The notes beneath the pieces were generated by a model that saw nothing but the letters and a program-made list of their open reading frames with translations, was not told the origin of the DNA and did no database searches. DNA of 63,387 bases, filler included, from Kipferlia bialata (lineage: Eukaryota): NCBI GenBank assembly GCA_003568945.1. It is 5 parts of 5 records of this genome, joined end to end, with 100 filler letters (N's around TTAATTAATTAA, not from the genome) between each part and the next. Parts side by side here need not be neighbours in the genome. Positions count along the whole stretch, not along the records: positions 38,107 to 50,697 come from BDIP01001062.1; positions 50,798 to 63,387 come from BDIP01001063.1; 3 more parts are not named here. The stretch is one strand, 5' to 3'. Shown here piece by piece: positions 38,160 through 51,027 of this stretch. The position numbers and the translations under genes are program-made. Each line of letters begins with the position of its first letter. The stretch's first letter is position 1.

Positions 38160-40613
38160 GATGCTCAGGCACACCCAGGGCCTTGGCATTGGCCAGGGCC
38201 TGGTATTTAGGGTGTAGAGGGAGATAGAGGTCCTTCACTACTCATCAGTATATATGCACTCATACCTTTGCCTTGTTCTCTCTCATCCTTTGGAATCCCA
38301 GTTGGATGTACTTGACAGAGGTGAAGGCACGAAGCCATGCACCGATAGAGACCTAGGGTTAGTAAACAATAGTAAATGAATATATATATATAGAGAGAGA
38401 GAGATTGATGGGTGAACTGGCCCTAAGCCAGGCACCCATGGATACCTATATATCAGTACTTAAGTATTGATGTAGATAGACAGATACAAGGAGAGAGAGA
38501 GAGACTCACCAGAGCAGAGTGCGGGTTGAGACAGCACACCACTGCATACTATTGTTGTTTGCAGTAGTATATACATATATATAGTGATACACATTCTTAT
38601 AGTAGTGTATACTACTGCTTACCAGGGCACTGTGGGGGTTGAGGCAGCACACCACCGCATACTTGAGTGCCACAGTAGAGTCATTGAAGGCAGTGCCGAG
38701 CATATCCGGCAGCCTAACATTAAGGGTGTAGAGGGAGAGAGAGAGAGAGAGAGACCCATACCTCAGTTTGTGCTTTGGCTTGCCTTTGATATAGAGGGTG
38801 AATATACTAATAATAAGAGACCCATACCTCAGCTTGTGCTTGGGCTTTCCGTTGGCCATGACGGCCTCTCTCTTGTTGGAGGTGCCTATGATAGAGGCGA
38901 GGACCTAGTATTAGACTCTCTCTATATATATATGTGTGTATATACATATATGCATGATGGCCTCTCTCTTGTTGGAGGCAAGGACCTGGGGTTAGACTAT
39001 ATGTAGATAGTATATATTACACATATATGTACGGCAAATGAATGACCTCTCTCTTGGCAAGGACATGAGTTAAGTAGCTGCATATACTATGCCATGTGTA
39101 TATACACATATATGCATATGGCCTGTCTCTTGTTGGACATGACAATGATTGTACTAACAAGGATAGTATACTCTTAGAGGATTTCCTTGTACCTCCACTC
39201 CTGCGTCTATGTTGCCGCATATCAGCACTGCCTCTGCAAATGCAGCATCGGACTCTAGCACAGCAGAGCAGATGCCGGAGAAGACGGGACCAGCGGCCTG
39301 GGGTCACTAATATACTGGTATATTATAGAACTATCTATTCACACATACCTCCAGCCACGTGAGCCTTGTGAATGCCTCCTTTGATACTCCATCTATCTCT
39401 GTCTCTCTCTCTCTCTCTTTATATATATATACAATATATATATATATATACCTCTAGCCACGTGAGCCTTGTGAATGCCTCCTTGAGGATGGGGTACTTG
39501 GCCAGGGGGGTCTGTCTGGGGGGTGAGGAACAGAGATTCTACAGAAGCTATAGAATCTATCATTGTAAGTGTCTATGAATGTATTTCCATACCTCTTCTC
39601 CAGTAAGGGTGTCAGTGCCACCAGCTTGGACACATCCATATCTCTCTCTCTCTATATATATATATACATATATATATACCTCTTCTCTAATAGTGGTGTC
39701 AGTGCCACCAGCTTGGACACATCCATCTTGGCCTGGAGGGCATCCCAGTTCTAGTGGTTAGAGTACACACACACACATATATATATATACAGAGAGAGAG
39801 AGAGATATATAGAGAGAGAGAACATCTTGGCCTGCAGGGCATCCCAGTTCTGGAGTAAGATGTATATGTACATGTATATATACACACACATATATATAGA
39901 TGGAGATAGAGAGAGAGATACCATCCATCTTGGCCTGGAGGGCATCCCAGTTCTGGAGGGGTTAGATATACACACAGACATACACACATGAATATACTAT
40001 GTATGTACCTATCTCTATAACTATATGAGTATTGTATGATGGTATACATCTATACCTGTGCCATGGCATACATGCATGCCGCACTGGAGTGCACTTCTAT
40101 GTCACCCCTCATGACCATGGAGATGAGGTTGAACAGGAGCATAAGGACCTGGAATGAGGGGCTAGAGAGAGAGAGAGAGAGAGAGATACACTCATGTATT
40201 TGAACAGGAGCATAAGGACCTAGAGTGAGAGTGTATGTGTGAGAGAGAGTACAAGTTGATACAGTATATGCGTACTATAGCTATACAATTGCATGTACCT
40301 GTCCATCATATACGTGATACAATAGTTTACATACTACTCTTATTATCTACTCACCTGGAACTGTCCGAATCCAAAGAGTGAGTTTGGGTTGATGGTGCTT
40401 GCCATCACATATATATATATATATACATATATATATGTATACATACATTTACATAGACATTATGGTGTGTATCTACATAACTATTCACAACTCACCTGGA
40501 ACTGTCCGAATCCGAACAAGGAGTTGGGGTTGATTGTGCTGGCCATCATGTGACCAAAGGACTGGGAGAAGATGCCGCTAACGGCTGGCACTGTAAGGGA
40601 GCCATAACCTAGG

Positions 40614-40650
<37 letters not shown>

Positions 40651-40954
40651 TTAAGCCAAGGGGATGGAGCAGATAAGACTAAGAGAATAGGCATACCCTT
40701 CTCCTTGACGAACTGGCCAATACCGTTGGCTAGGAACTTCATCTGACGCTTGACAGAGGCATAGCCTGATAATAAGGGTGTAGAGGGAGAGAATAAGGGG
40801 TGTAGGAGGAGAGAGAGATCGCGACCATCTATGGACACCGAGTATCTATACTCATTGTAGTATAGAAGAATATTCTAAACTATATCTCACTACCTGCGAG
40901 GATTGGGACAGGGAAGTTGGCAAAGTGACCCTCGATCATTCGCACTGGTGTGAG

Positions 40955-40998
<44 letters not shown>

Positions 40999-43900
40999 TC
41001 ATACATACTGGAGTGGGCAGGAGACACTCATACGATAACAGTAATACCTGGTGTAACCAATCCGTAGTCGATGCCTGGTCTGGCCCAGAGCTTGGGGACA
41101 GCATGGTAGCTGGGGGTAAGTGATAGTATATCTATATCTATTAAGCCTCATTAAGTGTTTGCCACTATCTGAACAAAGTAATACGAAACTCACCAGTCCT
41201 CTATGCCCTGTGGCAGTCTCAAGAGGTGCTTGGCACTACATATATGTATAATATATACATACATATATATATATATATGTATTATGTATATACATAGTTC
41301 TCTATACTATTATAGATATCAATTAGATACTCACCCGTCCTCTATGCCCTGTGCCAGTCTCAGCAAGTGCTTAGTACTACATAGTGTGTATATACATATA
41401 CAAACATACATATACATATACATATACATACCCATCTTCTATGCCTTGGGCCAGTCTAAGTAAGTGCTTGGCACTCCTCAGAATGGGGACAGAGGCAGAG
41501 ACAGAGGGAGAGGCATTGACAAGCTGGTATTAAGGGTGTAGAGGGAGAGAGAGAGAGACTCCTCAGTATGGGCACAGAGGCAGAGACAGAGGGAGAGGCA
41601 TTGACAAGCTGGGGTAAAGGGTGTAGAGAGAGAGAGAGAGAGACTCTACACTGTCCACTATAGAGACTCATACCCTCTTTGTCATCTCCTTGAGGTCCTT
41701 CCAGTATGTGTTTCTGTTGGAGTGGGCCAGGTCCTCAGTCAAGGCAGCCTAAGGGTAAGTAGAGAGAGAGATACTCTGAGAGAGAGAGAGAGAGAAAGAG
41801 GAGTGGGCCAGGTCCTCAGTTAAGGCAGCCTAGCAGTGAGATACATATACACACATTCGTGCCTGGCATAATAGAAACAACCATTTGCACGAGCGGAGAG
41901 AGAGAGACTATGAGTATATATATAGTATATTAATACCTCCTGCAAGGGCCCAGTCTCACTGTCGGGACACGCCTTCTGGAACACATCGAGGATCTGTTAT
42001 TAATGGGTGCGGAGAGAGAGAACAATACGATTTAAGGGTGCATGTCATGCACTGCATGAATTTAGGAAATTCAATTTATATCAATTTAGTAAATTCAATT
42101 TACAGTATACTGTCTTGACAACCACTGTACAATATATATATACAATCTATAATATATATAAATGTAATACATATAATAGCATACCTCCAGTGTCAGTGTT
42201 GGCTTGATTGGCCTGCAGTCCAGGAAGGTGTTGGAGGCCTAGAGGGTTAGTATAAAAGAGAGAGAAAGAGAGAGAGAGAGAGAATGAGGGTCTGCAGTCC
42301 AGGAAGGTGTTGGAGGCCTAAGGGTAAGGTAATAAGAGAGAGAGAGAGAGAGCGAGAGACAGATAGACCGTGTTGGAGGAAAAGGACCGTAGCTAACCAA
42401 CAAAAGAGGGAGTGAGAGAGAGCAGGGAAATACCTTGTAGAGCTCCGGCTTGAATGCCACGAAGACCCTCAGCTTGTGCACGGGCTGCTTCAGTCTGGAG
42501 GGTGAGAGAGTAGAAACACAAAGAATGGTATGATTCCCAGCGACATATTATGATATAGTGACTGAGCTTGTGGACAGGCTGCTTCAGTCTGAAAGGTGAG
42601 AAGGGACATATATATATATATATGTGTGTGTAATTAGAGAATACAACACGTACAGGTATGTACATATATAGATATACATATACCCATATATACACCCACC
42701 TGTCCATGTACTTGCCGGTATATATACACGTGTGAGATTGACACACTACACACATACATACACATATGTATGTAAACGTGTATATGAGTACCCCCACCTG
42801 ACCAGGTACTTGCCATACACACTATATACAATGTATATATATATCATTATATATATACAATATATATATCATGTATATATATATACAATATATATATCTA
42901 TTAGAATACATACACTCCCACCTGACCAGGTACTTGCCATACATACACTATATTACATTCATATATTATCAAACATGCCTGACCAGGTACTTGCCGTTCA
43001 GGAAGCATACTACTATATAGTAGATACAAAGAAATATATGGTTATATATATATACATAAATCTAACAAGTATGTACCCCCACCTGACCAGGTACTTGCCG
43101 TTCAGGAAGCTTACTATTGTGTATATANNNNNNNNNNNNNNNNNNNNNNNNNNNNNNNNNNNNNNNNNNNNNNNNNNNNNNNNNNNNNNNNNNNNNNTAT
43201 GTATACGTGTATATAAGTACCCCCACCTGACCAGGTACTTGCCGTTCAGGAACCTGAGCATCTGACCGGGCCTACAGGGTTAGGAAGGGAGAGAAAAGAG
43301 AGTGAGAGGAGGGGAATATTCAATGTGTGTCTCTACCGTCATAGATGATTAGATTAAACAACTCATTAACGCATTGTGTCTCTCCAAGTGTACAGGGTGA
43401 TGACTGTCGAGTATATCAAATGAATGCACACATATCCCATATTGGTTACACATATATACTATAGTATTCAGATAACACTCACTTAGTATTGCGGCCAGTG
43501 TACAGGGTGATGACTCTGTCGAAGAAGTGCTGGGCATCTGCAGTTAGGCTATTCGAAGATTGAACACATATGCATTATATATATATGGTCTATACCGGCT
43601 GTCGGTGCCCCGTTGCTGTGGAATATGATGTGGGCACCGAATATTCATATATATACACATATAAATATTATGCAGTGTAAATAGAGTGTATATACCTGCC
43701 GTTGGCGCCCCGTTGCTGTGGAATATGATGTGGGCACCAGTCTCCAGGGACTTCATGGCAATGGGGAACAGGGCCTAGTATGAGTACACGTACACATATA
43801 TACCTACATATATATCTTACTATATGAACTATTCATCTTAGTGGGCAGGTCCAGGTTGAGCACTGCAATCTGTCCCTCCATATACATGTGGGTATACACT

Positions 43901-46773
43901 ATACTATATCTATATAACTATATATACATGTATACTCTATACTATATATACACATTCATAATAATATATATATATACCTTGGTGGGCAGGTCCAGGTTCA
44001 GCACTGCAATCTGTCCCTCCATATATATGTATACACTATTATATATATACATATATATATATATTACTATATTACTATATATACTGTGTATGCTATACCT
44101 TAGTAGTAAAATATAGTAGTATATACAGTATATAGAATATAGAATAGTATATATAGTATATACAATATACCTTCGTGGGCAGGTCCAGGTTCAGCACTGC
44201 AATCTGGCACTTCTTGCGCATGGCAGCTAGATATCTGGGAATTAGGGTGTAGAGGAGGAGAGAGAGATCTTACGCATGGCAGCCAGGTATCTGGGAATAG
44301 GGAGAGAAAGCGATGGTAGAAAGAGGCAATATTGTCTACTTATGGTGAAGGGTAGCTTAGGGGTATACATATGTGTGCTTAAGAATATATAATTATATAT
44401 ATATACCTCCTGTTGTCTGCACTTGTGTTCTGTGCCTGCAGTCCCTCTAACAGTCCATCCCTCCACATCTGCACACAGGTGGCAACCTATATATTAAAGG
44501 TGTAGAGGGAGAGAGAGAGAATATCTGGACACACGTGGCAACCTGGGCATTAAGGGTGTAGAGGGAGGGAGATAGTGCGCTCCTGAAGCCCATATATACT
44601 AACCTATATCCCCTGCACATTATAGAAACACGGTATGCTCTGCAGGAAGTATATATAATGCAATACTATATATATACATATACATACTATATACATACCT
44701 CTATGCCATGTACATTGTCAAAGAATGGGATGCTCTGTGGGAAGTGCACCGTGGCCATACAGGCACGGACACAGGAGAGGAGGGAAGAATCAACGGAGGG
44801 GAGGGCGCCTATTGTAAGAGGGGGCCACCAACTAAGGAACAATACATAACCCATATAATGCATGTATATACCTGAGTATAGCCACAAGAATGGCTTCATC
44901 TGCTGGTTGGCTGGGAACATGAAGTAGTACTGGCCAGAGGCCATGCCAGCTAGGAACAGGGAGGTAGACAGGGATACATCTGTCATGTCCTACACATTAG
45001 AGAGAGAGAGAGAGAGAAAGACCAGGAGTGACAGTGAGAATAGTGGTCCAGACTAAGAGAGAGAGAGAGGAGAGAGAGAGAGAGATCCACTCACCTCCAC
45101 CCCACACAGCACGTTGACCCTGGCAATCAGGCCCTTGAAGTTGTCCTGAAGGGTGAATAAAGGGTGTAGAGGGAGAGAATAAAGGGTGTAGAGGGAGAGA
45201 GATATCAATGCCATGGAATACAGTAATCCAGAATACATGCATATAATGTACAATAGCAATACTTTCATATATATACAATGTGTATACACTGTATATACAA
45301 TACCTGCTCCGGATGGCTGAAGAACTCGTTGGAGAACAGATAGAGCACAGCAAGGTGGGCACCCCTGGTGACAAGGACCTTCATCTCGGCCTGGGGTTAA
45401 AGGGTGTAGAGGGAGAGACAGATCCTTCACACATGAATATGTATCTCAATATGGACAAGTATATATACCTCCTTGCTCTCATCCCTTGGCAGCACCGTCC
45501 TGATGCTCTGTCTGATCTCAGCCAGTACTGTCTGGACCTCGTCCAGCTCGGGGGAGGGCTCTAACTCCTATCGCGTAAGAAAACCCCTTTCAATAGAATA
45601 CAGTTAAACCGTGCTTCTACAGTCTACAGGCATATTGAATGTAGATGTCAGCGAAACAGGCGCATATGCATATACCCACCTGCAGTAGTGCCTTCTCGTG
45701 TCTCTCCAGGACCCTCATGGTGTTGCCAAGCTCAATGCGCTCAGCCTATGGTTAAGGTATGCAAACATACACACACGCAAGAGACTGTCAGAACCAGTAT
45801 CATGCAACTGAAAGAGTATATAGCGCTATCAATAATGATTGGTAAATACCATACCTTTGCCCTCTTCCAGTATCTCTCCATGGCGCTCATGGCATACATG
45901 GTGAACTGGTATTAAGGGTGTAGAGGGAGAGAGAGAGAATAAGAGAGAGAGAGATGGTACTCATGGCATACTATGGTACACTCTAGTAATTCATATCATG
46001 TATATAAGCTATATACTAAGGGTGTAGACAGAGAGAGAGATACCTGGTTGAACTGTGGCGCACTCTCTGGGTACATGGTGGTCACAGTGTCAAACATCAG
46101 TGCTACTCTAAGTGTCAGAATGAATACACAATACATATACATAAATATGTATATTAATGGGATACTCATTAGAATAACATGATTAATTCTCTGGGTACAT
46201 GGTGGTCACGGTGTCAAACATCAGAGCAACCCTAGGCATAAGATAGGCATAAGAATAGTAGGATTTACAAAAGAATAGGGAGTAATTCATTGGATATGTC
46301 GCCATAACGGTGTCAAACATGAGGGCAACTCTAGGTGTAAGAGAGAGTGATATATAGTGTAATAGTAGACATACACATCTATGTATGTACATTAACGTAC
46401 TGGCTGAAAAAGAACTTGAATGCGTCTGGTGCAATCTTGCGTCCGAAGCGTGACTCTAGGTATCTGTACACACTGTTGGTGGACTGTAACAGTGATCCAA
46501 GTCTGCGGGTCAGAGAGAGCGAGAGAGAGAGACTGTTCGTGGAGTATAACATAGTGAGCCAAGGCTTCTTTAGAAAGTGTACCTTGATGGGTATGCCATA
46601 TTTAGTCCGTGACCCAGTCTGCTAGGGCATATATATATATATATGATATAGTACATATACATACATATATAGTATACTTACATATATATTTACTTATGTA
46701 TATACCTACTAGGGTATGCCATATTAAGTCCGTGACTCAGTCTGCTAGGGTATCCCATGAAAATAATACATAC

Positions 46774-46810
<37 letters not shown>

Positions 46811-47600
46811 CAAGTGTCTATACCTTGATGGGTATGCCATGTTGAGCCCGTGACTCAGCCTGCTAGGGTATATATATGATACAGCATACATACATATATA
46901 TATATCATCAATAGGCATATACCTAGAGGGGTATGCCATATAATACATATATATAATTAATATATATAGACATTGATGAAAATACCTGCTGGGATACGCC
47001 ATGTTGAGCCCGTGACTCAGCCTGCTAGGGGGAGAGTGTCTGGTGGTCACAATGACACCCATGTGCTGGGCTGGGTGTAAATAGGGGTGTAGAGGGAGAG
47101 AGAGAGAGAGAGAGAGAGAAGATACAATGACACCCATGTGCTGGGCTGGGNNNNNNNNGAGAGAGAGAGAGAGAAGATACAATGACACCCATGTGCTGGG
47201 CTGGGTGTAAATAAGGGTGTAGGGGAGGAGAGGGAGGGAGAGAGAGAGAAGTTACAATGACACCCATGTGCTGGGCTGGAGGGTAAATAAGGGTGTAGGG
47301 GAGGAGAGAGAGGGAGAGAGAGAGAAGTTACAATGACACCCATGTGCTGGGCTGGGGGTAAATAAGGGTGTAGAGGGGGAGAGAGAGAGAGAGAAATTAC
47401 AATGACACCCATGTGCTGGGCTGGGTGTAAATGAGGGTGTAGAAAAGGGTGTAGATAGATAGAGAGAGAGAGAGAGAATGTATGTGTATACCTAGCTTCA
47501 TGGTGAGTACAGCTGCATCTGGCTGAGGGAGCACATACTTCTCGCCAAGGGTGAGGTACAACTGACCAAGAGCAGCCCTGGTATTAAGGGTGTAGAGAGA

Positions 47601-47631
<31 letters not shown>

Positions 47632-47869
47632 GTACAACTGACCAAGGGCAGCCCTGGTATTAAGGGGTGTAGAGGTAGAGAGAGAGAGAGACAGAGAGAG
47701 AGGGATAGGTGACCCAGGGCAGTCAAGATAATCAAGTGTAATGATGGATATACATATGTAGATATACACATACCTTGAGAACACGGGTGGGATGAGTCCG
47801 TTGTTGAAGGAGGAGACAGTCTGTCTGAGGACAGCTGAGTCCTTAATCATATCGCCTGGTATTAAGGGT

Positions 47870-47908
<39 letters not shown>

Positions 47909-48670
47909 GGTTAGCTGAGTCCTTGATCATGTCGCCTGGTATTAAGGGTGTAAAAGGGGAGACTGTATAATGTGTACCTGGTGCAGAATCAAATATATTA
48001 TGGGTCTAGAGAGAGAGAGAGAGAGAGGGCTGCTTACCTGGAATGTGCAGCAACACCCTGCTGAAAAGTGTCTCACATATGTTCCCAGATATTCTACACA
48101 CATATTAGTAGTAGTACTACACAATATACATACAATATTTGCTTACCTGGTATATGCAGTAGTACTCTACTGAAGAGTGTCTTCTCACTGGTGAACTTGG
48201 TGGATATGGGGGAGGTGACATCGCCACCGGGGAAGACCTAGAATAAGAGACAAAACACTCAGAGAGAGAGAGAGAGAGATGGGGAAGACCTATAGTGAGT
48301 AAAGCGAGAAAGCAGTCAAGTATCTATGATATGAGAAGTACTCACAGAGTACGAATGCACATACCTTGTATGGTGACACGTTCATCTCAACCCGCTGGCC
48401 CTCCATCTCACTGGGGTTAGAGGGAGGGAAGGAGAGAGAGATTCAACTGTACACTCTATGTACGATACCTATACATGTTAGTATATACGCACTACACACA
48501 CCTCGCCTTGTCCAGGGGCAGTGCCACATGTACTTTCACACATACACCATACTCTCTCTTCCTCTCTACATATGACCCCATAAACTATATGGTATGAACT
48601 ATATGCACACTATACCCACCTAGCCTCATCTAGAGGTAGTGCCACCTGGGCTGGGAGGCCACTAATACTA

Positions 48671-48702
<32 letters not shown>

Positions 48703-49414
48703 CATACTGCATACCTCGCCTCATCTAGAGGTAGTGCCACCTGGGCAGGCAGACCACAGGCAAGGACAATGGCTAGACGGACCAGGGATGCTATCTGGGA
48801 TGGTTAGTATTGAGCGAATACAATAAACGTACAATATTCTATCCTATATGGGATACCTATGTACCAATATATACAACACATACTATTTAACGAGTTCATA
48901 CCTGCTCCTCCTATGTACCATATACTACACTACCTATATATGAAACCTATACATCTATATCAACGATAAGCAATAAAATAACATCACATACTAGTACCTG
49001 CTCCTCGTCGTTCTGGAATGTACTATATACTATACTACATGGGAAAAATGATATATAACTAAGATTAAGATACCTATGTCTCTATTTATATGTAATAATA
49101 CAATCAGATACCTGCTCCTCCTCGTTCTGGAATGACAGAGAGGCCCACACAACCTGGGGGTGAAAAGGGGTGTAGAGAGAGAGAGAGAGAAATATATATA
49201 TATAGAGCTGAGGGTGAAATGGGTGTAGAGGGGGAGAGAGAGAGAGATGACAGTGAGGCCACACAACCTGGGGGTGGAAAGGGGTGTAGAGGGGGAGAGA
49301 GAGGGGAAAGAAATGGCAGTGGCAGTAATCAGGAGATGTACATTGTGTAAACATACACTAATAAACATACATATATACCTGCCGCAATGGAGACTCGTGT
49401 GACTCTGCCACACC

Positions 49415-49467
<53 letters not shown>

Positions 49468-49568
49468 CCTGCTGCAGTGGCGACTCGTGTGACTCTGCCA
49501 CACCCAGACCCCTTCTGATGACATCAAGGTCAACAACTAGCCTGATATTAGGGTATATATATAGGTAT

Positions 49569-49601
<33 letters not shown>

Positions 49602-49960
49602 CCTCTCCTGATGACATCGAGGTCAGCAACAGGCCTGATATTAGGGAACACAATATATATATACAATATTCATATATATATAGAGATAGAGGTACTGTCC
49701 TGATGACACCGACATTCCTGTCTCAACAACTGGCCTATGGTTAGAATACATGTATACTTGTATTTACAATATATGACAATAGGAGAAAGAGAAAGGAGAG
49801 AGGTCCTCCTGATGATATGGTTGTCAAACACTAACACAAGAAATAAGAAGACAAAAGGGGATTCATATACATGTATGTACAATACCTAGGCAGGTATCTC
49901 TCGTGCTGGGATCCAAAGAAGGATGCACTGGAGACAGTGGATATACCTGGGAATTAAGGG

Positions 49961-50001
<41 letters not shown>

Positions 50002-50642
50002 CACTGGAGACAGTGGATAAACCTGGGAATGAGGGTGTAGAGAGGGAAAACGGCATACATTTTCCACATAATAATGGTACACATGTATATGTATAAGAAC
50101 ACTACATATCACTCTGAGCCACGGATAAGTGAACATTTAGAATATTGACTATTTATGATACATTCCACACACATATTATAGTACAATTAATGTATATCAC
50201 TCTGTGCATCGGATGCCACAGTCCTAGTATATACATACTGCACATGACGTGTACATATATATGTATATTAATACACATATATGTATATACTATTACACAT
50301 ATATATAATTTCCATACCGCTCTGTGCCACTGATGCCCCGTCCCAGTTCTCACTCTTGTTGTACCTGGGAATAAGGGTGTAGAGGGAGAGAGAATGTGAA
50401 GATGTTACTGGAGTTACTGCTAGGTGGAGAAAACAGCATCAAGCAATATCAGTACACACTGCTGCCATGGCTGCCCTGTGATTGCATCCTCTCTCTCTAT
50501 ACATATACACACATGATTCTGTATTATATACACTAGTCTCTCTCTCTCTCCATTATATATCTATATCTATACATATCATACGTACACACTGCTGCCCTGA
50601 CTGCCCTGTGAGGCACTGTCCCACTTGTCAGAGCTGCCCTCT
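38160..50642 (-). CDS. Internal part of one very large hypothetical protein split into roughly 40-45 exons of 30-120 nt
   Basis: Splice signals across the contig are on the minus strand and the exons checked join in frame, e.g. AALGQLYLTLGEKYVLPQPDAAVLTMKL, PAQHMGVIVTTRHSPPSRLSHGLNMAYPSR, VALMFDTVTTMYPESAPQFNQ, YLAAMRKKCQIAVLNLDLPTK, YGSLTVPAVSGIFSQSFGHMMASTINPNSLFGFGQFQ. No start or stop seen; family not recognised. Confidence 0.75.
47050..47477 (-). repeat. Tandem array, 6 copies of a ~55-75 nt unit (3' splice cassette + first ~22 nt of an exon)
   Basis: CAATGACACCCATGTGCTGGGCTGG at 47050, 47125, 47180, 47255, 47331 and 47400, most followed by TAAGGGTGTAG..(GA)n; one copy abuts an 8-nt N gap. 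Confidence 0.9.
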
Positions 50643-50648
50643 AGGGGT

Positions 50649-50697
<49 letters not shown>

Positions 50698-50797
50698 NNN
50701 NNNNNNNNNNNNNNNNNNNNNNNNNNNNNNNNNNNNNNNNNTTAATTAATTAANNNNNNNNNNNNNNNNNNNNNNNNNNNNNNNNNNNNNNNNNNNN
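50698..50797. other. Artificial contig spacer
   Basis: N-TTAATTAATTAA-N, 100 nt. Confidence 0.98.
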
Positions 50798-51027
50798 CCC
50801 CGGGTGTTTTTTGGTTGTCCCCCCCCCCCCCCCCCCTCCCTCACTTCCAACCTCTAGCACCATGCTATGGTGTGTATCTCTATATGTAGTGATATGTATG
50901 TACACAATATATCTATCTATAGTGGTTATATAGCTACTCTGGCACCATGCTATGATGTGTCTCTCCCAATAATTACCTACATATGTACGTAGAATATGTA
51001 GTAGTTTGGTGGCTACTCTGACCCCAG

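Noticed and set aside
38266..38352. IQ-like motif (VKYIQLGFQRMRENK) in the contig-4 protein
   Set aside because: Only a partial match to IQxxxRGxxxR; too weak to assign function.
40355..40405. Half-exons as ordinary mutually exclusive alternative exons
   Set aside because: They lack one splice site and half of the coding block (microsatellite abuts mid-exon), so standard alternative splicing would not give an intact protein; kept as an open mechanism in findings instead.
47050..47477. Repeat-spacer-like array suggesting CRISPR
   Set aside because: The repeat is exon start plus splice site, the spacers are related (GA)n tracts, the context is a eukaryotic intron and no cas genes are present.
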